Shown: positions 1 to 24,299, counted from the first letter of the stretch. The stretch: 64,000 nucleotides of DNA from Tubiluchus corallicola (GCA_030141605.1 JAQGDQ010000060.1:248001-312000), one strand, 5' to 3'. Notes: generated by a model not told the origin, from the sequence alone. Made by a program: numbers and translations.

Positions 1-326
1 CTGTTATCCCAGGAAACACAACCGATGTCCTGAAGAAGTTATGTGCTGAGTGTGCTACTAACCTGCCAAACCAACATGCGGTCCTATTTCCTTCTACACA
101 TCTCTTTTTCAGTACTATCATTGTGCTCAGGTAGACATTTAATTATCATAATTATAATATTACTTGATTCTTTCTACTTATAATTTTATTATTTCAGTTT
201 TATCAGCCACTGTGAACTTCGTAAACATGTGTGCAGAAATATTTATTTCTACTAAAGCAGTGCTTTTGCTAATGAAGTAAATTTATTAATGAACCCAACT
301 TCTGATTAGTTGCTTACAAGAAAACC

Positions 327-329
<3 letters not shown>

Positions 330-360
<31 letters not shown>
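330..360. repeat. (TA)n microsatellite
   Basis: Uninterrupted TA run. Confidence 0.95.
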
Positions 361-363
<3 letters not shown>

Positions 364-575
364 AGCCTTGTGTAATGCTCAAACACAATGAAGTCGTGAA
401 CATTGAGCCAGGCTGAAATCATGATCAAGTTTGTTCTTATGCTTATTTAGGAATCGGATCAGTAATCACTAGTTGGTGACGCGTCCAGTCGGCTTTGACT
501 TGCGTGGTTATTTTGTCGGCTTGTCGTTGTGTTATTACAAATTTCTTTAGATAGTTTCTCTTCTGGTAATGCATC

Positions 576-11778
<11,203 letters not shown>

Positions 11779-12416
11779 ATCTGCCAACTCTGATGAAAGA
11801 TGTGGCCCATTCATGTTTTGTCGATTGTTTGATGCATTTCTGTAGTTCAATACTCACTACTTATCGCATTGGTACGGTCATGTTTTAATATTTTTCAACA
11901 TCGAAGTTTTACTTTACATCCAGCCCATATCGAATCATTTTGACTTTGAAAGAATGATCAGTTGGTAGGGTGTATTTATTGAAATATTTCTGTTCCATTT
12001 AGTATATAGGGTGAGCACATGCTAGATCAAGGCTGTAACCACTTACAAAAGTCTCTCACTTTGAGGGTAAACAAGGGGGAGCAGTTCTCCGTCAAACGTA
12101 ACAAATTTTCACTGCTTATGTAAATAAACTGCCGGGAAAGGGGTATGTAAAATAGTGTCCTAAAGCACGCAAAAATTACAAAAATGTACGATCATCGTGT
12201 TGGCCATGAGAAAAGCTGGCATTCTGTGAGCATCTCAGACAGCTGGCGTTTTGTGAATTATGTACAAGGTGTAACATTTTAATTGTTTCTTTTTTTAAGA
12301 TTAACAAGCCGTTACTATGTCTCGATATTGTCTAATGTATAAATTTTAGGTAGAGGGTTTTTGTGTATTTAACATCGTTATATTGAAAATCTGTGCATCT
12401 TTTACAAATACGATGT

Positions 12417-12422
12417 AATAAA
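12417..12422 (+). terminator. Probable SEC61A polyadenylation signal (alternative at 12123-12128)
   Basis: AATAAA followed about 25 nt later by a GT/T-rich tract (gtttttgtttgtt). Confidence 0.55.
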
Positions 12423-12823
12423 GTCCAGTTGTGTCAACTGTGAAATAATGTTTTTGTTTGTTATCATAATCACAACTGTATTAATCAATTGTAACAGTTT
12501 TTATTGGCTGCAGACAGTAATGGTTGTAACGTGATTATAATAGGGTTGCCAGACGTCACTTGTATACGGGACATGTCCCATGTTTGATCTGGGACACGCA
12601 AATGCCCCGTATTTAGTTTATTTTCAAATTTCGTAATTAAAATATATTTTTGCTACCTCCTTACGGTTCCTAGTTGTAACTTCTCTTGATGAAAATGACC
12701 CAAATGTAACGAAGTAACTAGTGTTACTGACATGTTTGCAACTTGCTTTATGTTATTAACTTATGTCTCTACTTGTATATAATATATTGGTCTGGGTGTG
12801 TAGGCATGTATAAATTTATATAT

Positions 12824-13312
12824 GTTGTTGGCATCCTTCTGTCTCAGAAGACAATGGAGCGTGTGCCAAGAGAGTCAGTTATTGATCACATTGATGGAGC
12901 TGCAGCGTCGACTGTGGCTGAGCAATCTGATCCTTGAACGTCTCCAGGGCGCACTCAAGGGCAAGGGTGTATGGAGATCCTAAGTTACCCAGACAACAGG
13001 AACCCCCTCTCTTCCTCGCTGGTGTAGTCCAAAGGAAAGCAGAGCTGCTGGCGTCAGTGAGCATGCTGCACTGGTCCGCCTTCGGGGTTCCACTCCTGAT
13101 TTGGAAGGTTTACTCCTCTACACATGGCCGTTGGGTCACATGACCTCCTCCGCCCTCTAGCCGTTGGCTGCTTGTGCAGCTCCTCCACCTAGTGTCGAGA
13201 TACAGTGTGGGCATCCCGCAAGCCTACAGCACCTGGTATTCCTAGACGGTCACCCATCCAAGTCTAACTAACCAGGCTCTGTGTTGCTTAACTTCGGTAA
13301 TCAGACGAGAAC
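12824..13312 (-). mobile_element. 5S-rRNA-derived SINE (SINE3 type) with RTE-derived body and tail
   Basis: Minus strand order: 5S head (13312-13220), a segment resembling an RTE 5' UTR, then about 110 nt shared with the RTE 3' end at 23226-23335, ending GGATGCCAACAAC. Flanked by ATATAT on both sides. Confidence 0.82.
13220..13312 (-). pseudogene. 5S rRNA-derived sequence (roughly nt 31-120 of 5S), SINE head
   Basis: GTTCTCGTCTGATTACCGAAGTTAAGCAAC...GGTTAG...CTTGGATGGGTGACCGTCTAGGAATACCAGGTGCTGTAGGCTT matches animal 5S rRNA including boxes A and C. The first ~30 nt are missing, so it is not a functional 5S gene. Confidence 0.9.
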
Positions 13313-14079
13313 ATATATAGTAAAATAGAGAGCGATTGTAAGAGATGTCCCGTATTTCTAAGTTTCTAATCTGATAACCCTAGATTATAATCATGCATAA
13401 TTTGTAGAATCTGATTAGTCAACAACTACCCAAAAAATACTAGGTTTTTGTAAGCGGGGCTTTTTGCCACCTTGTGCGGAAACCATATGGCTGCTCCCTT
13501 CTTTCCATTTATGTTAGCATAAATGTTCTTCACCCATTTACCCAGTTTGACTCGGATTGTTTGGAGCTGCTTGAAAATATTGCAGAATGTCGAGAAAAGA
13601 AGAAAAGTTTTGCACTAAATGCCATTATGTCACACATGGGAAATTGTCTGCAAAAACTGTCAAACCAATACTTCGCACAGTGGCCGCTAGGGGGACAGTG
13701 CCACTACACAATGGCGCCAACAGGCCAGCTTCAAAATTCAACCATTTGGGGAAAGAATCATCATACAAAAACCTCATAATCACAAGAAAGTAATAAAATT
13801 ATAGTATTTATCCACCTTGCGTGGTTTGCACAACCCTCTGAATCATGCTTGGTATCGTGATAAACCTGTTAAGTACATCTTGCTTTTAAATTGATTATTA
13901 CACGTATTTGGTTTTATGCGCAGTAAAACGATTAAATACTATAAAGATGTAAAATGCTTACTTTTATGTTACATACTAGAAGAAATTATACATTGGGTGA
14001 CACACAACCAAATAAAGAGTCAGATAGCGATGAAAATGTGTGGCTGGAAAATTGGCATTAGTGTCTGTCCTTGTGTTCA

Positions 14080-14169
14080 TTTTGTTTCATGCGCATATAA
14101 GCCGACCCCCTGATTTCAGTATTGTATTTTATAGTTCTAAATTCGGCTTATATGCGAGTATATACGGTA
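14080..14169. mobile_element. Tc1/mariner-pogo-type terminal fragment
   Basis: Ends ggcttatatgcgagtatatacggTA, with an internal inverted copy gcatataagccga. Confidence 0.5.
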
Positions 14170-16380
14170 AATTCAAAATCGCTTAAAAACGTTTCTTAAC
14201 GTATCCAAATAATTTAGTTGCCCTCTACCTCAAAAGATGGCGTCCGCGAACCTAATTTTGTACAACCTGCCAGTACAGCACCGCAGTGGAGTACAATAAT
14301 AATTCACCAACATAATTAACAACAGCATGCAGGATCACTTCCTTGCAAATACGGGGCTCGTGTAAATAACAGATTAAAAGAGAAATAATTTAAATTAATG
14401 CGCCAAAATGTGTGCCCAAAAATTAGATAGTCTAAACTGAAACACCTGAAACTAATAAAGCTCATAGGAACTGGGAATAAGAAGATCATAATAATTACAT
14501 TAATAAGGTAATTAAATGCTTCCCAATTTCCTATAACCTAAGGACTATACGCTGTTTACACAACTTTATAATATCTACTTTCCTCTGGAGAAGTTGATTG
14601 CGCTGTGCCTAATCTTTCTAGTAAATCCTTACACAACATAATCCTCTAGTAAAAAAAATTATAAGACTAAAATAATTTAGTCTAACGACAAGACTAACAA
14701 GGAAAAGAGAAGACTAAAATTGTAATTCAAATTCATTGTTTCTATGTTTACAACTTCACACTGTCCACCAGAAGCCACTATTGTGCAAGACACGAGTAAT
14801 GTTTTGCTATTTTTGTTTTTTCCTGGGCGAGTCAGTAGAGTATAATGAAAGGGATAAAACTAAGTTCCTATACCTAACTTGTTTCTGAATAAGTTGACTG
14901 CTCTATATAGTAACAGTGTGTAGCCCCGTGATAATAATTATTCATTATTCATTCAATAATTACCTTCATGTTGCTACTCAATTCCTAGTTTAAAAACTGA
15001 CCGTGATAAGATCACGGAATTGCATTTTGTACAAGAGTGACGACGACCTTTCTCTATTCAGCGCTTCTCATAATAGCCTTGAGCAAATTTATCTCTTGGA
15101 TAACGCTCTCACGCCTCACAGGACTTTGTGACTGCCTCTTGACTGTGCAAAGATGTTAATTGTAGGCGTAGGGCTGGTTCAACTTCGTCCAGGGACAAGT
15201 GGACGTTAATTAGTCATTAAGTTGTTATGTGTATAGAAGCAAACAACAAATTAAATACAATCTAGGTGTACACAAAAGGCTCACGACATGTGAGAAGAGC
15301 TAGCTATGGACAGCTCTTACTCTGCAAATACAAAAAAAGTATTCGAAGACCTATAGATAAAATTAAATGAGAAAAAAGATTGCCTTAATAAGGCACTTTA
15401 TTATCTTAACCAAAGACTTGCAGAAGAGCAAAAGTAAAGAGAAAATATTTCTAATTTTCAGTATTATAGGCACCCTCTAAGTCTTACGGTTTTTCTAGCT
15501 TCCCACGATATTATGAAGGCCCTAAAAATTAATACGCCTTTTCACGTACATTTCTGAGCATACTTTTTGTGCATGCTTCCATGGTATCCAGTAATAACAA
15601 GGATCTCAAAAAACGACAGAGGCCGCACTAATACATGGCGCATACTAAGCAAAAGTCCGACAGATTTTTTTTCAGTCTGCGACTTCGATGCTGTTCTGCA
15701 AAATTTGTTGGGTATAAATTTTGCTTAAATTGCTGTGTCCGTTAAACTCGTTCTGCTTGTATGTGCGGGTTGATGTAACAATATGGGCCCAGAATCCCCA
15801 ATTTTTTAATAATACTAAAAAGCAATGATTTTGTGTCGCGCCAACGAAGGCGCGACGTGCAATTTTATCTGACACAAATTACTTCATACATAACTAGAGT
15901 GTGCTGGAAAATTTTGTCTGCGACAAATAACTGTTGGTGCCGACAGATTTTGTTACACTTACAACGTGCACCTACGTAATGCAACAAACTTTCACCACAG
16001 TTTATGAATCAACTACTAATTATGAGATCTCACATTTATTCGCATAAATAGGCGCACCTTATTTATTGGTCCGGAATTGCTTTAGGAGTCAAAGTAAAAA
16101 AGAGCAGTAACAAAGCAAAGTTAATCAAAACAAGCAATTTTGTAATGTGATTTTGGTGATTACTTGTTGGTTCGCGTCTCAAACAGGTTTGTTAAATTCT
16201 TAGTAAAACAGATTAGTTTACTTTGCGTCTTTAATACGTGTAATTTTGTTTTCATTCACAAAAGAAACAGGGTTACAGAAACTATACGAGTGAAACGGAC
16301 ACTGCGATTTGCCGCCAGTAATCTTACAGAAACTGGTTTGCTCATTTATTCCGCTTATACTAACTGTCTGTAGCTGAAAC

Positions 16381-16689
16381 TGGGGGTGAGCATCGAACGT
16401 TTGAATTCGAATGGAATGTGTTTTTTTAGTTCGAATATAATTACACACTGCGCACACTTCAACTACATGCGTTCTTTATCATTAAAGCATTTGGAACATC
16501 ATGTAATCAGCATAATTTTGCTGCGATTTCTGCGCACAATTTTTAAGCAACTACTAGTGTTTTACCGCCGAACAAAATCAAATAATATTACGTAACTTTT
16601 GCGAGACCGCTTTTTTAATGCTTCGAAAGTTTACTCGAAAATCTTTAAAACTGAATTCGCTTTCTGGTAGTAGAAAATGCCCTCCCCTA
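16381..16689 (+). mobile_element. hAT-type MITE; inverted relative at 60691-61023
   Basis: Ends tgggggtgagcat ... atgccctccccta; near-TSD gctgaaac / ctgaaaac; body matches the reverse complement of 60800-61023. Confidence 0.65.
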
Positions 16690-16699
16690 CTGAAAACTC

Positions 16700-17138
16700 A
16701 CATCTAAATCTCCAATGTCGTCTCGTAGACAGTGCACCCTTTTGCGCCTTCCATGCGCGATTGATTCGTTATTGTTACCAGCACCGTTGTTACTAAGGCA
16801 ACAAATCGTGCGCAAGGAAGGGGGGGGGGGGGGTAGATGCCACACTTCGATGGGCAGGTAGACTGATAAGTGATAACGAATTTTCGCGAGGTGTTGTTGT
16901 GCTGTATTTCGCGCAAGCGTGACTTTGAAATACCTTTTGGTGCTGCTGGAATTCGGCAGTCTTTGTTATTTAAACAGCATGATCTAAGCGGAGAATGACG
17001 GAAGTGCGACGAGAACTGCTGTAATGCCTAATGGCTACGACTGTGATTAATTTTAGAAAAACAAGAACGAAAAGATTTCGAGGCGGTGTTTGACAGTTTG
17101 ACTTCTGTGATTTTGTTTTAGTTACCGCCAAACGTCAG
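16700..17138 (+). promoter_or_regulatory. Candidate promoter and non-coding first exon of the Cobl-like gene
   Basis: Locally CpG-rich, with a poly-G tract, an X-box-like 14-mer and an ETS-like CGGAAGT, ending at a donor CAG|gtaata (17139). The ATG exon at 24455 starts with an acceptor, so an upstream exon is needed. Inference only. Confidence 0.4.
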
Positions 17139-18436
17139 GTAATAGTTGCACGGAACTTGCATTTACAAGTAGCAATCATTTTAAACATAACTGATAGACA
17201 GATTGGACTTTTATCCAGCTATATTGACAAGTACTGTATATACTCAACGAACATATACAGTTTACTAACGATATTCATTCATACTGTAGCAGTCAAGCAG
17301 GTGCGTGTCTGAGTCCTTGAATCAAGGGATTCTTCTTCCAAGTGACCTTAATCTTTGAATTAATTTCGTGTGTGATAGTAACTTACATTTTGTGAATAAA
17401 GGTGGTCTTTAATCGGGAATGGGTACAGCAGTTTCTTGGCTTGTATTTTCAAACTAATCTGCAACGGTTTCTTATCGAATACAAACGTGGCATTGTCTAC
17501 CTCTAGTGCGCATATATTACCTACCTCAGCAAAGACAGGTAATTTACTTTAAGAGCTGTAATTTTTGTAAAAATTATCGGTGTACTGATTTTTATTTAGT
17601 GTGACACACATCCATAGAAATGTTCTAGCCAGTAATTTTGCTGATGTTTTTAAGCTTGCTCAGATAATTAGTTAACTGGTTTGCATTTGCTTTGACTTCG
17701 GTATAAAAAGTCACTTTGTCATTAACTTCAAATTATGAGGTTATTAATCTATTATGAAATTTCTATTAAGTGTTTGTATGTATAACGCACTAAAATAAAT
17801 AGTTCTGGCAAGTTTTCAAATACCAGATAAAAACAAAAGTGAAAAAATAATTCTTTACCATTTGCTAGCATATCATATTTAAGAGTTATGGCCTAAGTAA
17901 TGTACTTATTTGATATTCTTTGTAAAATTGACCCGGAGTCAGATCCTATCTGGCTATCTCACTGTACCAGTGTTGGCAGAGTGCCATTTGAGTTGGGAAC
18001 TTGAAATAAGAAACGTCTACACACGTAAGCTGATAGTTGCAATCATAGTTACATCTCTAACGAATTTTGCTGATTGACTATTTTACTATGAATTAACAGG
18101 AGTGGATTCGTTAGAAAAGATTCGTGATTTGAGAGAGAACATTAAAATCTTTCAATGTACAAACTTCTGCGCGTTCTCTATTGGTTCAGTTTAGAAAGAT
18201 CATATTAGGCCTTTTGTAACACTAATTATCCTCTGATTTCAATATTTTCCTAATCCTTAGTGTTGCAATAATTGGAAGATTGAATGTTTATATGAGTTGA
18301 TACAATGCCCTTCTCATCGTAAATCATCTTCCAATACAGCAGGCTTTAGAATTTCTGCATGCTGCTAAACAACTTTCTTTGTTCACAAATTGTAATAATT
18401 TCTAGCAATGATAAGAAAAATATTTTCTAATTTAGG

Positions 18437-18800
18437 CAGAGTCGGATTATGACCTTTTGGGGTCCCTAGGCTAATAAAACTATGAGGCCCTGTCAGATGG
18501 AGTCACCCTCTAACTCACCCTTACCTGTCTTGAATATTTTTTACTCGTGACATATTTTAGTGACATTTACATATCTTCAAGTAAATTTATTGCAAATTCT
18601 TTAAAGAAACTAGAAAAACTGTCATTTGTTTGTCAATAAAAATATTTTTTAAGAAATACGACTGTTTTACTACAAATAAAATTAGAAGCATACATTTCAC
18701 CACAACTCTAGTGAAAAAACAGATTTTGTTTACCAAAGTTACCAAATCCCGAGGGGCCCTAAGCTGTAGCCTATACGAGCCTATAGAACAATCAGACCCC
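18437..18800 (+). mobile_element. hAT-type MITE (same family as 3672-4642, without the nested insert)
   Basis: cagagtcggattatgacctttt...tagaacaatcagacccc; colinear with the 3672 copy. Confidence 0.7.
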
Positions 18801-21800
18801 AAGTGTAGTTCTCGTCAGATATCTTAAAATTTGTGTGCTACATTCCCTTTCACGAGAGAATCTCTCAGTTTAAGCTAATAGTTATTTTAGTAAAGCCACT
18901 GGGGCTTAGCTTATTCTATTTGTCTAGGGCTTTGTCAACGTTCTGATTCAGACTTTATACATCTGTTTGCCGTCTCTTGCAACCTGGAAGTGAACTCTAA
19001 TGGTGTTACCAACCCCTCCAAGGCATGACCAACATAGGATTTTAAAATTTGAAGTACGAATTTGCTGCTAATCTCATTGTTCAATAGATCCGTCACAAAT
19101 TAAAGGCAGGGAACGTGTGTGAATTTGAATCTGGCAAGTCATTCAACATACATGAGAACAGTTCTTATCGTATCATTTCCATAGCATAGGCAACCAAATA
19201 TCCGGCAGCTTTTAGGCTTTCGTAATCTTGCAGTTTATACAAATAGATATTATAAACATATCATTGTAGGTGAGAGATCATTCCTTTCAGAGACGGTTTC
19301 AGTTTTTAAACCTTGGTTGCTATATCAGCCATTAGTCGGTATAAAAATCTCTTGCTACCATTTTGCCAGGTGTAATAAAAATAATAAAGGTGAAACTTGT
19401 AATGCATAAGGAATAAAAAACTTTCATGGTGATAAAAAGTAAAATGGCCACCTAAAGCTGTGTTCAAACTTGCAGCACTGGCACACTTTCTAGGCCAAAA
19501 GGAGTGAGGTGACTGAAGTTAAGGTATGGAATGTCTGGACAGTGACTGGGTGGGGCTTGTAAATTATTCAAATGGGCCTAATGAAAAAATGGTTAAATGC
19601 GAACTAAAAACTTATCAATGCTGCTATTTTGGGGTAATCTTTATGAGTTGAACGCAGCGAGAATCGACACATAATAGCCATTGTACACTTACTAATCAGC
19701 AAATCAGTATTTGGCCACCCAGTGGTAAAAGTTCTTCCACGAAATCAATTTGATGTAGCTAATTTAGCACCATAACATATTTAGACAATGTATTATGGTA
19801 TTTTTAACCATCCTAACTCGGACTAATGACTGATTCTTGTATTCCAAAAATCGACATTTGGACAGTTTGCCTATAATTTTCATTCTTTGATCTCAATTAT
19901 CAGTGAAGATGAAACAGTTTTTTGCAAATCTGTGCGATGAGTGTTTAGGTCCATTCCACAAACACAAACAAATCTGCACGCCTAAGCACTGATCCGTAAT
20001 AGAATAGCATGTTACGTTAATGAGATGCCATTATTAGCACACTCCAATTGCTTCTATTGGTCAGCAGACAATAAACATAACTTGTAATGATTTTCAGTTT
20101 GTGTCTTTTCATATATAAAACGAGATATTTTCTTTTGTTCGTGACCCAAAATGTTTTTATCTCAGACGCATCACTTAGTTAAAGTAGATGACCCGCAAAT
20201 TGACTATGTTGAACTGGATTTTTTTTAACTACCAAATATCTTATTTTGTGAATTTTTATGTGTGTATTTTATGTTTTCATAATTTTTTTAAGAAAGTAAA
20301 GATAAACGAGATCGTTTTTAGTTAATAAAAGATAAGACTATCAACAAACAAGGTATGCAACTATTTTGTACTCAAATAGTTATGAACTATATAAAATATT
20401 TTGCATATAACTGATCATTTTTTTTAATTGTCAACAATATTTTGTTAATTGTTTTACTTTTGAGATAAATCTTGTTGTGACAAGGCTAAATGTTGGCTGA
20501 AATTTCCTTTTTTCATTTAATTTTTGGCATAGTTTGCTCATCTATACACTATAAGTATTACGAATTATTAATCAGATTGTATTCGCATAATGTTTAGATG
20601 AACTGTTAGGATTTAAAGGAAGACAGGATGATTTTTCATTCACTAGTCTACTTTCAGATTCAATAAGAAGTATACATTTTAACACAATTAATACTGCAAA
20701 AGTGTTTCTGGTAACTAAATTGTAGATTAAAAACTTAATGAATGGTGCGTAAGCCCAATTATTATTGACATCACAAACTAACATAATTTTCAACAGCAAA
20801 AACATTCCACATTCCATGCGTATTGCACATGTTTACAAAAGCGAAAATTGAAGTACAGTACTACTGTAAGACATTCTGTATGTTGTACTAAAACTAGTCA
20901 AGTTTTAAGATAAAAATTCAAATTTCAAATTTACTGTTATGCTCACACATGAGCTGTCGAGCTGTCACAAACTAACACGTTCGAACTGAGAGGAACAGCA
21001 TCTGTTTTTGTGCAATTTCTGAAATGAGGGCGCTAATGCCCATCTAACTAACGAATGGTGAAATGAATGTAACGCTGAAGAACTAGTGGCGCGAATGTGA
21101 AATTGCGTTTGTATGGTAATAATTCTTTCACGTAAGTCATTTTTGAAAAAAATAGTATGTTTCCTTTTAATATTTTAAACAGTAAATTGTTTTGATCTAC
21201 AGTTTAAGATTGGGTCCGGTTTTGTTTTAACCGCTTTTATCCTTGGTAATGAGTCCCACTGCACCTCGACTGTCAAGAACGGATTTCACACGTTAAGATG
21301 GACCTGCCATTGTGTGCTGGATTACAGTTTGTAAAGAAGAAAGTGATTACGTTTCTCTTTGTGATTTGCAGAAAGATGAAGCATCGTGCTCAGGATTATC
21401 TGCATAATGTTATTTTACAAAAGAACTTCGTCATTTTCTAAAACTAAACTAAAGGTCATTCTAGCAGCCTTACAATAAAAATTGTTGTTTCTCATGCAAT
21501 GCCATCAGAGTGACATCAACGTAATTTCACACAGGATTTACATACAAAAGCTGTTAGTTTTAAAAACACGATTTTTCAACAGAAACACGCAATCCCAAAG
21601 GTAAAGCAACAAAGTTTGTTATCATTAAAATCTGCTTACAAGGTTGCGTTGGACCTGATTATAACAATGGTAAATTGATAAACACTTAAAAGTGGCGGTA
21701 ATTCTAATGACAGGCCCATGATTCTGTCAATTAACAAAAATAGAATAAGCTCATTACATTTAATCATAATCTACGAAATAAAATTTGAGCATATGTTACA

Positions 21801-23225
21801 ATCACATTCAAAGTACAAGAGAAATAGGCTTAAATAGCAGGTTTTTCTTTGATGATTTAATATTGACCTTGGAAAGTTGCCAGTATAAGATGAATGTAGT
21901 TTCATTTTTTTTCATGGTGTAAATTCAGAGGAGGTCAAGCATGGACGAGGTTCCGCCTTGAGAGAGTGAAGAACCTGTTTTTATTTGGATTATTTATGAA
22001 GTGGTTACGTAAATCGTTTTTTTTTCAGAAGCAGAATCGATTTGCAATCTTAAATTCCGTTGCTGTGAGTTTTTAGTTTTTAATTTTGTTTTATTGATTA
22101 ATATAACTTTTATGCATATTTTTTATTTTGCATTGTATTCAAAACAATGCAAATAACACAGATGTGCCTGCAAATTCTGTTCATTTTTTGTTACGTCGAC
22201 ACCAAACAACAATGCAATACAGTATGTAACAAAATACGATATGATCACGTGATATACACAGGATTATATAATTACATTAACATTTTAATAAAACGGACTT
22301 GACATGATATCTATAATAATTGTTACTTGCATTATAGTCAGAAGCATTACTAATGCAACGAATGGTACAGGTGTTAGAGTGTAAAAAAGGAAGATAAAAA
22401 ATGATAGTGGAACGTCCCGGATGCATGAGCCATACGACCTCCCTTGTACACCACTGCTTACACGTCAAATCCCTGAATGTTTTTTAAATAATGGGGAATT
22501 TTTCATTGGACAATGTCGTACTTATGAATTTTTGTATGGATTAACAATTTGTATGGAAGTCTGCATATTTTCATGGCATCATAGCTCACTAATTTCAAAT
22601 GCACTGCATACTGAAGTGTGCTAAGATTTTCATTATGTTTTGATTATAAATATATTAATCACAAATCTTTGATGTGATAATGCTTCTGCCGCATGCTTTA
22701 ACGTTTTTAAGCTGTTGGAAAGAGATAGTTGATTTCTGTGAACTAGAAAAATTTCATACTATACTTTCGGATGTTGTTTAAATGGTAATCTTACCACTAA
22801 CGTAATATGTGCTACCCGTGTTACATATGTACAACTAGTAGAATGCTACCCCATCCGTAACATTGTTGTGTTCTGTTCCAAAAATAAAATTTCTAAAACG
22901 TATGTAAAGTCATGAAAGTGTTCCCAAACTGGTGTCATCTTATTAATAGGATTCAGTTCTGCAAAATCATTTAGTAGTGGGATAGTTGGAACTGTGGAAA
23001 AATCTATGTTAGTATTGTTTCTATAATCGATGCTCAGTCTCAGCTGACTTGTAACATTGAAAACTTGTGTTGTCAAGTGACTGATCTTGGCAAGCTTATG
23101 TGGATTGGGCAGTTTGCCTAAAGCATCATTAGCAACTGTTATGAAGGACATGAAGTAGTTGGAGTGTAAAAGTGTAACATTCTCTTTAGGGGTATTAGCT
23201 TGGTGTATCGTCTGCTAAGATTCTC

Positions 23226-23552
23226 TTGGCATCCTTCTGTCACGAAAGACAATGGATTGTGCGCCAAGAGAATCAGTTATTGATCAAATTGATGGAGCTG
23301 CAACGTCGACTGTGGCTGAGCAGTCCGATCCTTGAGCGGCAGTTCCGGCTGCAGGTTGCACATTGGAAGGCTGTTACATCCGGGTGAGGTAGGGCATCTT
23401 TCTGATGCCTGCGAGTCCCTTTATCCTCTTGTTTCTTCTCCCTCGTTTTCTCCGCTCTGTTGATGGCTGTCCTAACAGCAGATTTCCAGTTGTTTCGATC
23501 TGTCGCAAGCGCCTCGTAATTTGCTGGTGTAATGCCGCCTGCCTTGAGATTC
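23226..23552 (-). mobile_element. 5'-truncated RTE-clade LINE 3' end
   Basis: Open minus-strand frame NLKAGGITPANYEALATDRNNWKSAVRTAI...FQCATCSRNCRSRIGLLSHSRRCSSINLINN* has the RTE C-terminal CxxC...SRIGLxSH motif and is followed by a short 3' UTR ending GGATGCCAA. Confidence 0.88.
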
Positions 23553-24299
23553 TATACTTTAGCAATCTGCATGAATGAATGTGCATCATTGCTCTTCTGT
23601 GTTGGGAGTACTGAGATTATGCTCACCAAAGTTATGCGTGCCAGTTTCGTCCATTTAGGAAAATCAAGGAATGGCATATACTCACTTCTGTTCGACCTTT
23701 CGTAATAAAAGCGTGTCAGTTACGTATTTAATTTGAATTTCATAAATGTCTTCTATATATACTCTATGTGTTATAACATAGTTTGATTGTCTCCAGCTTT
23801 GCTGATTACTGAAATTTTTTTTATCATATCCAACCTCCACAACTGTTCATACTGTTGTTTTCAGCGTTCAGATAACTAATAAAGTGGCCTTGTTCATTGC
23901 ATACGGTCAGAAGATGTCAATGTACTCTTATGCCAACATGAAAAGCATAGTCCTTGTTAAGATAAATTTTTTATTGCAGTTGTATTTGTATTTTCAAAAC
24001 TTTTCAAATGTCTCTTTTGATTACTTTGCTTAATTCTATTGTGTGACACCGTTGACTACTGTTATGACATACCATTACGCACCAGGTTGGCTTCTCACAA
24101 GGCAATTCTGTGACTTGGTTTTGATCTAGTTAGTTAGAGTTGTTATAGAGGTTGAAGTAATCTCAGTTGCTCGAGATAACAGCTCTAATGTTTTGTTTTG
24201 TTATTCCTGTTCATTGATAATAAAAAAGGAATAATGTGACAGATGCATCTCCATTTGTTCGTTCTGACTTTATTTTCAACTCCAACTCTTTGTTTTAAA

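Larger units (their letters stand above)
12541..13382. mobile_element. hAT-type MITE (host of the 5S-derived SINE)
   Basis: TIR TAGGGTTGCCAGA / TCTGATAACCCTA (11 of 13) and perfect 8-bp TSD GATTATAA at 12533-12540 and 13383-13390. Confidence 0.88.

Noticed and set aside
476-510. TGACGCGT and TTGCGTGG upstream of the SEC61A ATG as UPR (XBP1/CREB3-type) elements
   Set aside because: Biologically plausible, but both are short and off-consensus; cannot be supported from sequence alone.
13220-13312. Functional 5S rRNA gene
   Set aside because: Lacks the first ~30 nt, has a small insertion and no oligo-T terminator, and runs into retroelement sequence.
22846-23151. 101-aa minus-strand ORF as a nested gene
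   Set aside because: At most a decayed LINE RT fragment (IDFS-like motif); no splice or expression support.
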